A stretch of DNA of 32,000 nt, taken from the NCBI GenBank assembly GCA_963699255.1, contig OY969425.1:960001-992000 (forward strand), read 5' to 3'. A model generated the notes under the pieces. The model did no database searches. It was not told the origin of the DNA and was given only the letters and a program-made list of their open reading frames with translations. The position numbers and the translations under genes were made by a program. This stretch comes from an uncultured bacterium (GTDB taxonomy: Bacteria; Margulisbacteria; WOR-1; CAVSGV01). Positions within the stretch are counted from its first letter, which is position 1, and every line of letters begins with the position of its first letter. Of this stretch, positions 1 through 6,898 are shown one piece after another.

Positions 1-1860
1 CTTCAGCGTAAGGAAAATAAAAGATTGGTTCAGCCGCCCGCTTCCCCCGAAACCTCCGACCGCGGCGAATACCGAATCCGCTTCCGGCCGTTTCGCGATA
101 ATTGATTCCGCCAGCCTGGATTTTTCATCCATATACGCAAGCGATGCCCATGCCGGCGTCTGGAGGCGCACCGCATATTGGCTCTGGTCCTGAGGCGGAA
201 CAAGCTCGCTTCTCAGCGCCCTGGCTACGGAGAAAGTAATGACAAAAAATATCACCGATGACCATATGATAAGACCCCTGCGGTCCAGCGACCAGGCAAG
301 CGCCTTGCGGTAACCTCTGTTCAGCCGCTTGAAGCTCCTGTCCAGGAACGCGGCGAACCGGTTCTCCCTGGTGCCCACCTCGACGAACTGCGAGCAGCGC
401 ATGGGAGTAAGGGTAAGCGCCTCAAAAAGCGAGAGCAGTACGGCGACGCTTATCGTCATGCCGAACTGGTAGAAGTATTTCCCGATTATCCCTTTCATGA
501 ACGCCACCGGCAGGAATATCGCGATTATCGCGATGCTCGCCGCCATCGCCGCGAAAGTTATCTCCCGCGCGCCTATCAGCGCGGCCGAAACCTTTTCTTC
601 GCCTTTCTCCTGGTGCCTCATGATGTTCTCAAGCACCATTATTGCGTCATCCACCACTATGCCGATGGCAAGGCTCAGCGCCATGAGGGTGAACATGTTC
701 AGGGTGAAGCCCATGAAGTAAACGAATATGAAAGTCCCGATGATGGATGTCGGTATCGCGAGCCATACGTTCAGGACCGCGGACCACGACCCCAGGAAGA
801 ACCAGCAGACGAGCCCGGTAAGTATCGCGGAGAGGAGGAGCGTCACTTTCAGCTCATTCACGGCATCCTCTATGAATTTCGTGTTATCCATCCTTATGGA
901 AAGGTCCATGCCTTTCGGCAGTTCTTTCTGGACCGCTTTCATTTTTGCGCGGACGGCTTTCGCCACTTCCACGGCATTGGTGCCTCTCTGTTTCAGGATG
1001 CCGAGCCCGACCGCCGATACTCCGTTGGCGCGCGCCATGTGCTCGATGTCCGCAAGGTCGTCTTTTATGCTCGCCACCTTCACCAGCGCCACGGGAGAAT
1101 AATTCGGCTGGCCTCCGCGGTAGTTGAGACGGATATTCTCGAATTCCTGTACGGTTTTTGCCTCTCCGAGGGTCCTGACGGTGTGTTCCGCTTTTACGTC
1201 CGCAACGTATCCGGCGGGCAGCTCCACATGCTCGTTCTGCACCGCGCTCACGACGTCCTGGGCGGTAAGCGCGTAGCGGTTCAGGTCGGACTTCCTCACC
1301 TCCACCCGGAGGTTCGGGTCAACGTATCCGCCGAACACCACGTCCCCGACGCCGGAGACGGTCGTGAACTTATCTTTTAATATATCGTTGACGTAAGCCA
1401 TGGCATCGCGGGTCGAGATGCCCGTGGTGTTAAGCGACAGCCATATTATCGGCTGATCGTCGGGATTTGTTTTTGTGATGATGGGCGGATCTATGTCGTT
1501 GGGAAGCAGCCGCTGCGCCTGGGATATCTTGGACTGTATCTCCTGCACCGCCACGTCTATGTTCTTGCTCAGTTCGAATTCCACCGAGATGCTCGTGCTG
1601 CCGTCGCGGGAAGTGGAGGTGACGGTCCTTACGCCTTCCACGCCCATGACCGCGTCCTCTATGTAATCGGCGACGTCCGTTTCCATTATCTGGGGTGAAG
1701 CTCCCGGATAAGTGACGCTGACGGAAACGACGGGGAAATCCACGTCCGGCATCAGGCTGACGCCCATCCTCATGAAAGAGATCGCGCCGAAAAGTATCAG
1801 CGCGAACATCATCATCCACGCGAACACGGGCCGCTTTATGGATATGTCAGATAAGATCAT
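1..1860 (-). CDS. RND-family (AcrB/HAE1-like) efflux permease, N-terminal 620 codons; continues beyond window start
   Basis: My own translation of the minus strand from ATG 1860..1858 is open to base 1: MILSDISIKRPVFAWMMMFALILFGAISFMRMGVSLMPDVDFPVVSVSVTYPGASPQIMETDVADYIEDAV... It shows TM1 then a large periplasmic loop, and later LSLAIGIVVDDAIMVLENI (TM4 with the RND DD pair). It is missing from the ORF track only because it has no stop inside the window. ATGA start/stop overlap with the upstream OMP gene (1857-1860). Confidence 0.9.
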   Translation of the reverse strand, partial: MILSDISIKRPVFAWMMMFALILFGAISFMRMGVSLMPDVDFPVVSVSVTYPGASPQIMETDVADYIEDAVMGVEGVRTVTSTSRDGSTSISVEFELSKNIDVAVQEIQSKISQAQRLLPNDIDPPIITKTNPDDQPIIWLSLNTTGISTRDAMAYVNDILKDKFTTVSGVGDVVFGGYVDPNLRVEVRKSDLNRYALTAQDVVSAVQNEHVELPAGYVADVKAEHTVRTLGEAKTVQEFENIRLNYRGGQPNYSPVALVKVASIKDDLADIEHMARANGVSAVGLGILKQRGTNAVEVAKAVRAKMKAVQKELPKGMDLSIRMDNTKFIEDAVNELKVTLLLSAILTGLVCWFFLGSWSAVLNVWLAIPTSIIGTFIFVYFMGFTLNMFTLMALSLAIGIVVDDAIMVLENIMRHQEKGEEKVSAALIGAREITFAAMAASIAIIAIFLPVAFMKGIIGKYFYQFGMTISVAVLLSLFEALTLTPMRCSQFVEVGTRENRFAAFLDRSFKRLNRGYRKALAWSLDRRGLIIWSSVIFFVITFSVARALRSELVPPQDQSQYAVRLQTPAWASLAYMDEKSRLAESIIAKRPEADSVFAAVGGFGGSGRLNQSFIFLTLK

Positions 1861-3150
1861 TGCGCTTCCTTCCCGTCCGGAACATCTACTGATGCCGTTA
1901 TCGCCATTAGCGCGTTCATGTCGGATTTTAAGTTGTATATGGCTTTGTTAAGGGAACGCTCCACGTCCTGGTAAGAGGTCATGGCCTGCAGGACATCCAG
2001 GTTCGACACCAGACCGAGGTCGTAATCGCCGGATACCGCGATGTAATTCCTCTTCGCCAGATCCACGGCGTTCTGGAATTCTTTTACCTGCGACATGTCA
2101 TACGTCAGCCGCTGGTAGGTCGTCCTCAGGTCCTGCTTAGCCAGGCGTTCCACGCGCTCCAGGTCGTTCCGGCTCTGCCGCAGGAGCGATTCGGCTTCCG
2201 CGTGGCGGGAAGTGTTGAGCCCTCCGGTGAATATCGGAAGTGTCGCGGTGATCGTAGCGTCCCACTCGCTGTTCTGCAGGGTTCCTTTCGGGCGGCTGAA
2301 ATAATAATCCGCGGAAAGGTCAGCCGACGGCAGGTATGCGCCTTTTGCGATATCCACGTTGTTTCCCGCCGCTTCGGTCCTTGCGAGCGCCGCTTTTATG
2401 TCGGGGCGGCCGGATAATCTAGCGTTATAAGATTCAAAGCTTCCGATCGATGAAGGTATTTTATCCGCATCGGAAAGTTCCACCGACGGCGAGAGTCCCG
2501 TCAGGAAAGAGAGAAGTTCCCTGGCCGTGGACAGCTGCGACTTCACCTGCTCCACCTGGGCCATGAGCGTCGCGCGCGAAACCTGCACGGTAAGCACCTC
2601 CGTGGACCTGGACCTGCCTATCGCCACGCGCGCGCGCAGTTCCGTTATCCTCTTATCATACAGGTCCGCTTCCTTGCGTAATATAGCGATGTCGTTCTCA
2701 AGGGACAGGACAAGGTAGAAAGCGTTCGCGGTGTCCTGGTAAAGCTGAAGGGCCGCCCACTGGTAAGACCGCTTCTGCGATGTAATAAGGTTCTGGTTCA
2801 GCTTCAGCGCCGCGAAATCGCGGAAGCCCCTGAAGAGCGGCTGCGAAATTGAAAGCCTTGTCGTCGCCTGGTCCTTGTAAAGCGAAGTGTCGGTCGTTTC
2901 GGGGACAAGGTCCGAAGTGTCTTCATTAAAATATGTATAGCCTGCCGATATCCCCGGCATGCATCGCCGCCAGCGCCTGCCTGTAGTGCTCTTCGGCCTG
3001 CCGCACAAGCTCCTGATCGTCGGCCATGACCTCGCTCTGTTTCAGCGCCGACCGGAAACACGATTCAAGGCTTATTCCGTCGGCTGAACACTTAACGGCG
3101 GATCCCGCTATCATAAGACATATAATAATGTATATACTAAATTTTTTCAC
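1857..3150 (-). pseudogene. TolC/OprM-family outer-membrane efflux factor, interrupted by a frameshift (true pseudogene or assembly error)
   Basis: Two overlapping minus-strand ORFs are colinear with an outer-membrane factor. ORF 3150..2926 has a GTG start and signal peptide MKKFSIYIIICLMIAGSAVKCSA. ORF 3008..1857 carries two repeat halves (...ISQPLFRGF... / ...TLPIFTGG...). The frame changes at 2957-2964 (GCATGCAT, a tandem ATGC duplication on the coding strand). Removing 4 nt restores ...QALAAMPGISAGYTYF... Confidence 0.75.
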
Positions 3151-3271
3151 GAATTGAATATTTTATCAGCAAATCGGAGGGTATGGCAAGTAAAATCTAT
3201 GTAAAGATCGGGTAAAATCCATGGAACGACATTGCCTGTGCCGTTGAATTCATTGAAAGCTGCCGATCTTA

Positions 3272-3748
3272 TCAGAATCCCATCTTTCCAAACCCTCGGC
3301 CTCCGCCCATGCCTCCCCTTTTGCCCCCGCCTTTTCTTCCGCCCGCCTGGCTCTGCTGGGCTTTCTGCATGTCTTCCAGCTTCTTCATTTGATCATCGGT
3401 CAGGTACTGCGCCAGCTTATTGTTCGTCTGGATCTGGAGGTCGTTCATCGCGCTTTTTATCGCATCCCGGTTCCCCTGATCGTTCTTTATTATTTCGCTT
3501 CTCTTCGCCATATCTTCTTCAACGACCGGCTTTATCTGCTGAGCCTGCTTGTCGGTCAACGAAAGATATATGGCCATTTTGCTTACGACCTGATCGGCCG
3601 TTAGAGGCGCCTGCCGTTTCTGTTCTCCCTGTTTCTGCTGGTCGGCTGAAGGCGCTGCTCCGCCCATAGCGTACGCGGCGGCGCTTAACATCGAAATAAT
3701 ACTGAACATCAGAATGAAAACAAAAACAATATTTTTCCTGTGGAACAT
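3272..3748 (-). CDS. Periplasmic LTXXQ-motif protein (CpxP/Spy/ZraP-like) with Gly/Arg/Lys-rich C-terminal tail
   Basis: Signal peptide MFHRKNIVFVFILMFSIISMLSAAAYA. Three LTxxQ motifs (LTADQ, LTDKQ, LTDDQ) in a helical, charged body. Tail GGRKGGGKRGGMGGGRGFGKMGF. SD GAGGTGA just upstream of the ATG. Confidence 0.7.
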   Translation of the reverse strand: MFHRKNIVFVFILMFSIISMLSAAAYAMGGAAPSADQQKQGEQKRQAPLTADQVVSKMAIYLSLTDKQAQQIKPVVEEDMAKRSEIIKNDQGNRDAIKSAMNDLQIQTNNKLAQYLTDDQMKKLEDMQKAQQSQAGGRKGGGKRGGMGGGRGFGKMGF

Positions 3749-3777
3749 ATTTTCACCTCGCTCTGTCTGTCATATAA

Positions 3778-3811
3778 GAAAAAAGCCCTCCGAATTCCCG
3801 GAGGGCTTTTC
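3778..3811 (-). terminator. Rho-independent terminator after the His-rich membrane protein gene
   Basis: Stem AGCCCTCCG (3784-3792) / CGGAGGGCT (3799-3807) with loop AATTCC. An A-run on the plus side gives a U-run on the minus-strand transcript. Confidence 0.7.
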
Positions 3812-3818
3812 GGTCGCA

Positions 3819-4124
3819 TTACTTTACGCTTTTTGCATGAACATGATGCCTGTGCATCCCCGCTCCTCCGGTCACATTCGATTTTTCCGTAGTGGTCATA
3901 TTTGAAGCTCCCTTGTCGGATCCGTATTCATGGTGCATGCGTCCGAAAGAACGCGCGCCGTATAGAACGGATATCAACGCAAGAACGATTATGACAACAG
4001 AAATGACCGCTCCGGTCGTTTTCATGCCGCCTTCCTCTTTGGCAGCCAGCACCCAGATGATGTACGCAAGCCCCAAAGCCGATAAAAGTTTCAATAAAGC
4101 CGAGCAAATTAACATTAATCCCAT
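3819..4124 (-). CDS. Small 2-TM membrane protein with His-rich C-terminal tail
   Basis: Start placed at ATG 4124 (MGLMLICSALLKLLSALGLAYIIWVLAA...) because a GGGGG SD lies 8 nt upstream; the track start at 4157 has none. Two hydrophobic helices, then ...RMHHEYGSDKG...GAGMHRHHVHAKSVK. Confidence 0.55.
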   Translation of the reverse strand: MGLMLICSALLKLLSALGLAYIIWVLAAKEEGGMKTTGAVISVVIIVLALISVLYGARSFGRMHHEYGSDKGASNMTTTEKSNVTGGAGMHRHHVHAKSVK

Positions 4125-4145
4125 TAGTTTCACCCCCTTATTATG

Positions 4146-4216
4146 CGATCTTAACACGCATTGTATTACTAATGCATTAGATTAACATTAAAACGGGATT
4201 AGAACTTAATTAAAGC
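4146..4216 (-). promoter_or_regulatory. Conserved 71-nt upstream/leader element, copy A (paired with 10059-10129)
   Basis: Ungapped alignment with 10059-10129 gives 55/71 identities, with identical blocks GCATTAGATT, ACATTAAAAC and ATTAGAA (plus-strand reading). It lies 21 nt upstream of the minus-strand start at 4124. Contains the 12-bp palindrome CTAATGCATTAG. Confidence 0.5.
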
Positions 4217-4288
4217 ATTGAAGCGTGATATTTTCGGGTATAGTATATATGTAAGCGATAATATTGCCCGTTAAAGGAGGTAATTCAT

Positions 4289-5005
4289 ATGAATAAGCTT
4301 TTAAAGGATATTTGTGAGAGGCGTTCTGACAGGGTGTTCTTTGATCCCGGTCGTCCTATAGCAAAGAAGGCCCTGGATCAGATACTTGAGGCGGCGCGCT
4401 GGGCGCCCACGGCCCACAACATGCAGAACTTCGAGCTGATAGTTGTTGACGATAAAAAGATACTCGGGGCCATCTCAAAGATAGAACGCCCGATGTCCGA
4501 AGCGTTCATCCGCGAGAATTATCCGCTGCTTTCTTTTTCAAAAGAGGAGCTCCTCAAAAGGAAAGTGGGGATACTGGGCACTACGTTCCCGCCGTCATGG
4601 AGGGATCCCGCAAAACTTGACGAAGCGGTCAAAGAAGCTACGCCGATGCCTCTCGGCGACCAGATCAAAAAAAGTGCCGTATTGCTTATCGTGGTCTATG
4701 ACCCGGCAAGAAGAGCTCCGGCTTCTGAAGGCGATTTCCTGGGCCATATCAGCCTCGGCTGCATGACGGAGAACATGTGGATCATGGCTAATTCACTGGG
4801 GATCGGTTTCCATATAGTCAGCACGGTGGGTTCCGATCCTGCGGAAAAAGAGGTAAAGGATATCCTGAACATCCCGAAAAACCTTAAGATAGTTTACGGG
4901 ATACGCCTGGGGTATGTCGCGGGTAAAGCGGCCCAGCCGCTCAGGGTGCGCCGTGACATAAATGATTTTACATACCATAACAGGTACGGGAGCAAGGGGG
5001 AATAA
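4289..5005 (+). CDS. Nitroreductase-family oxidoreductase
   Basis: 238 aa with ...ILEAARWAPTAHNMQNFELIVVDD... (nitroreductase N-terminal signature) and a C-terminal ...GIRLGY... segment. SD AAAGGAGG upstream. Confidence 0.85.
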   Translation: MNKLLKDICERRSDRVFFDPGRPIAKKALDQILEAARWAPTAHNMQNFELIVVDDKKILGAISKIERPMSEAFIRENYPLLSFSKEELLKRKVGILGTTFPPSWRDPAKLDEAVKEATPMPLGDQIKKSAVLLIVVYDPARRAPASEGDFLGHISLGCMTENMWIMANSLGIGFHIVSTVGSDPAEKEVKDILNIPKNLKIVYGIRLGYVAGKAAQPLRVRRDINDFTYHNRYGSKGE

Positions 5006-5006
5006 T

Positions 5007-5762
5007 ATGAACTTATCCGGCAATACGGTCCTGATAACCGGCGGAGCGACGGGGATCGGATATGCGATGGCGGAGGCGTTCCTTGAAGCCGGCAGCGAAG
5101 TCCTGATCTGCGGGCGCAGGGCGACCAGGCTGCGCGAAGCGCAAAAGAACCATCCCGAATTCCATAATAAAGTTTGCAACATTGCGGATGATAAGGATAG
5201 AAAGTCCCTTTTCGAGTGGGCGACGTCGAATTTCAGGGATCTGAACGTCCTTGTGAACAATGCCGGCATTCAGCGCGACATAGACCTGACAAAGGGCCTT
5301 TATGAGATCACCTCGGGCGAAAACGAGATAAAGGTAAACCTGGAAGCGCCGATATATCTCTCCGCGCTGTTCATCCCGTTCCTGGCGAAAAAGAAAGGTG
5401 CGGCGATAATAAACGTATCATCCGGGCTTGGTTTTGTGCCGGCAGTCAAGATGCCGATATACAGCGCGACAAAAGCCGGCGTCCACGCTTACAGCATGGT
5501 CCTGAGGCAGCAGATGTTAAAGATCGGCATAAAAGTTTATGAAGTGATACCGCCGACGGTGGACAGCGAGCTGAACAAAGAAGGAAGGGCGAAGAGGCAC
5601 ATGCCGGCGCCGGAGCTTAAGCCGAAGGAATTCGTAGCCGCCGTAATGAAGGGGCTTCAGCAGGATGAACCAGAGATAGGTTACGGCATGTCGGCAGGGT
5701 TCAAGACCGCTTCAAGGGCCGATCTGGACAAGAGTTTTCAGATGATGAACAGCAGAATGTAA
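5007..5762 (+). CDS. Short-chain dehydrogenase/reductase (SDR) family oxidoreductase
   Basis: Start moved to ATG 5007 (SD AGGGGG at 4995-5000; 1-nt gap after the nitroreductase stop). TGGATGIG cofactor motif, NNAG, catalytic YSATK. Confidence 0.9.
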   Translation: MNLSGNTVLITGGATGIGYAMAEAFLEAGSEVLICGRRATRLREAQKNHPEFHNKVCNIADDKDRKSLFEWATSNFRDLNVLVNNAGIQRDIDLTKGLYEITSGENEIKVNLEAPIYLSALFIPFLAKKKGAAIINVSSGLGFVPAVKMPIYSATKAGVHAYSMVLRQQMLKIGIKVYEVIPPTVDSELNKEGRAKRHMPAPELKPKEFVAAVMKGLQQDEPEIGYGMSAGFKTASRADLDKSFQMMNSRM

Positions 5763-5894
5763 ATGACAAAACCCAAATGTCAAAATCCAAATGAATCATT
5801 TAAAGCCAAATAACAAACCGGTCTTTCGTGTTCATTTGGAATTGGTCATTCTGTCTTGATTCATTTGTCATTTGATATTGGACATTTGTCATTA
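5762..5894. repeat. MITE/REP-like imperfect palindromic element, family 1, copy 1
   Basis: Perfect terminal inverted repeats AATGACAAA (5762-5770) / TTTGTCATT (5885-5893). A/C-rich left arm, T/G-rich right arm, centre at CCGG (5818-5821). Both ends are homologous to the element at 29493-29641 (15/18 and 17/18 nt). Confidence 0.6.
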
Positions 5895-5903
5895 TGCCCC
5901 CGT

Positions 5904-5931
5904 TAATCTCTATTCTCTGATCTCTAATCTC
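5904..5931 (+). repeat. Four tandem heptamers TAATCTC-TATTCTC-TGATCTC-TAATCTC
   Basis: Direct reading of 5904-5931. Located between the palindromic element and the SD of the ORF starting at 5968. Confidence 0.7.
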
Positions 5932-5967
5932 TGCTTTTGTGATAGAATTGCCTCCGAGGTGATATTA

Positions 5968-6195
5968 ATGAATAGATGGCAAATGGTTCTTATGTGGCTC
6001 GTAGGTTTATATGTTTCGCTTATTATTTCCGATACCGGTCTGAAGCTCCTAATCCACGCCAAAAAGTCCGCGGAGACGCTTGAAACGGGATATCCTTTTA
6101 CAGTGCTGGCTGGCACCGCCTGGGCTTATATTATTCCGATCATTATCATCGGGGCGTTGGTGTTCATAACTGTTAAGGAGAATAAGAAGAAATAA
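5968..6195 (+). CDS. Small 2-TM membrane protein, unknown function
   Basis: Start placed at ATG 5968 (MNRWQMVLMWLVGLYVSLIISD...) behind SD GAGGTGA. Two hydrophobic helices and a KKK C-terminus. No recognisable family. Confidence 0.45.
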   Translation: MNRWQMVLMWLVGLYVSLIISDTGLKLLIHAKKSAETLETGYPFTVLAGTAWAYIIPIIIIGALVFITVKENKKK

Positions 6196-6247
6196 TAATC
6201 AGATACAGTTTCTAGACTATACCTTGCGGCGAAAGGTGGTCAGCGTC

Positions 6248-6508
6248 TTATCCCTTTATTTTCCATCCTTGTTTCTTATAAGTCTCGACTATTATCCTCT
6301 CCGCGAAAAAAGGATATATCAGGATGGATATCCCGCCGGAAATGACGGCTAAAATGCCCGAAACCAGAGCGGAATCCCAGATCCCCAGATAGGCAAAATA
6401 GAACGGGCCGAACAATAATGTCCAGAGAAAAACCCTGCTTAGCTTGACCTCTCTCTGCCCCGTCGGCGAAACCAGAACGACCGCCATAAGATATATTCTC
6501 CCCTGCAT
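6248..6508 (-). CDS. Small membrane protein, DUF2628-like (FGPFYFxY motif)
   Basis: 86 aa. ...FLWTLLFGPFYFAYLGIW... resembles the conserved motif of DUF2628-type membrane proteins (recalled from memory, not searched). G-rich SD upstream. Confidence 0.45.
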   Translation of the reverse strand: MQGRIYLMAVVLVSPTGQREVKLSRVFLWTLLFGPFYFAYLGIWDSALVSGILAVISGGISILIYPFFAERIIVETYKKQGWKIKG

Positions 6509-6688
6509 AATTCTATAGCCCCCGCTCCAGATCAGTCAAGCGCAATGATGGTCTTCAATTATATTATCAGGCTAATATGAAAACTACAAAAAGGTATTAC
6601 TGCTACAATAATGTAATCAATCGTTAAACAACCAACAAAAATGTAACAGTTAAGCGCTCTTGATAAGATACCTTCTCACAGATAAGGA

Positions 6689-6704
6689 TGGCAATATTAT
6701 TGCT
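6689..6704 (+). promoter_or_regulatory. Putative sigma-54 (-24/-12) promoter
   Basis: TGGCAATATTATTGCT matches TGGCA-N6-TTGCT with exact GG/GC spacing. It lies 33 nt upstream of the micro-ORF ATG (6737) and heads the permease-PII operon. Confidence 0.6.
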
Positions 6705-6736
6705 GCTTATTACGTGTAAGAAGGGATGTGAGGGAG

Positions 6737-6862
6737 ATGGACATGACAGATTGCCTGGTATTAACGGTCTTCATTCTCATGTTCATAGGCATAGCAGGAA
6801 TGATCGTAAATAAAGGAGAGACTGTCAGCTATGACCCGACACAAGATTATTACCGCGTTTAG
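6737..6862 (+). CDS. 41-aa single-TM micro-protein (below the ORF-track cutoff)
   Basis: My own translation: MDMTDCLVLTVFILMFIGIAGMIVNKGETVSYDPTQDYYRV*. SD GTGAGGGAG immediately upstream. Ends 36 nt before the permease start. Confidence 0.45.
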   Translation: MDMTDCLVLTVFILMFIGIAGMIVNKGETVSYDPTQDYYRV

Positions 6863-6898
6863 ATTCGGAGCTGAATTTAATAAAGGGGGCTGGTTAAT

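Noticed and set aside
613-1380. 255-aa plus-strand ORF (and neighbours 497-721, 728-1102, 945-1127) inside the first 1.9 kb
   Set aside because: They are antisense shadows of the RND permease gene, whose minus-strand frame is open across the whole region and has clear family features. The plus-strand products are Arg/His/Gly-rich nonsense with no SD.
3229-3243. Minus-strand CGGCACAGGCAATGT as a sigma-54 promoter for the OMP-RND genes
   Set aside because: A GGCAC -24-like half is present, but the -12 position reads TG/GT instead of the invariant GC at the required spacing.
3232-3669. 145-aa Pro/Ser/Arg-rich plus-strand ORF
   Set aside because: Antisense to the LTXXQ gene, which has a signal peptide, an SD and family motifs. 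No start context on the plus strand.
4962-5006. Upstream start (4962) given by the ORF track for the SDR gene
   Set aside because: It would overlap the nitroreductase 3' end by 44 nt and add residues before the Rossmann strand. ATG 5007 has an AGGGGG SD and gives the canonical N-terminus MNLSGNTVLITGGATGIG.
6617-6629. ATCAATCGTTAA as an IHF site between the direct repeats and the sigma-54 promoter
   Set aside because: It does not fit WATCAA-N4-TTR (the spacing is off by one). It is AT-rich sequence where such near-matches are expected by chance.
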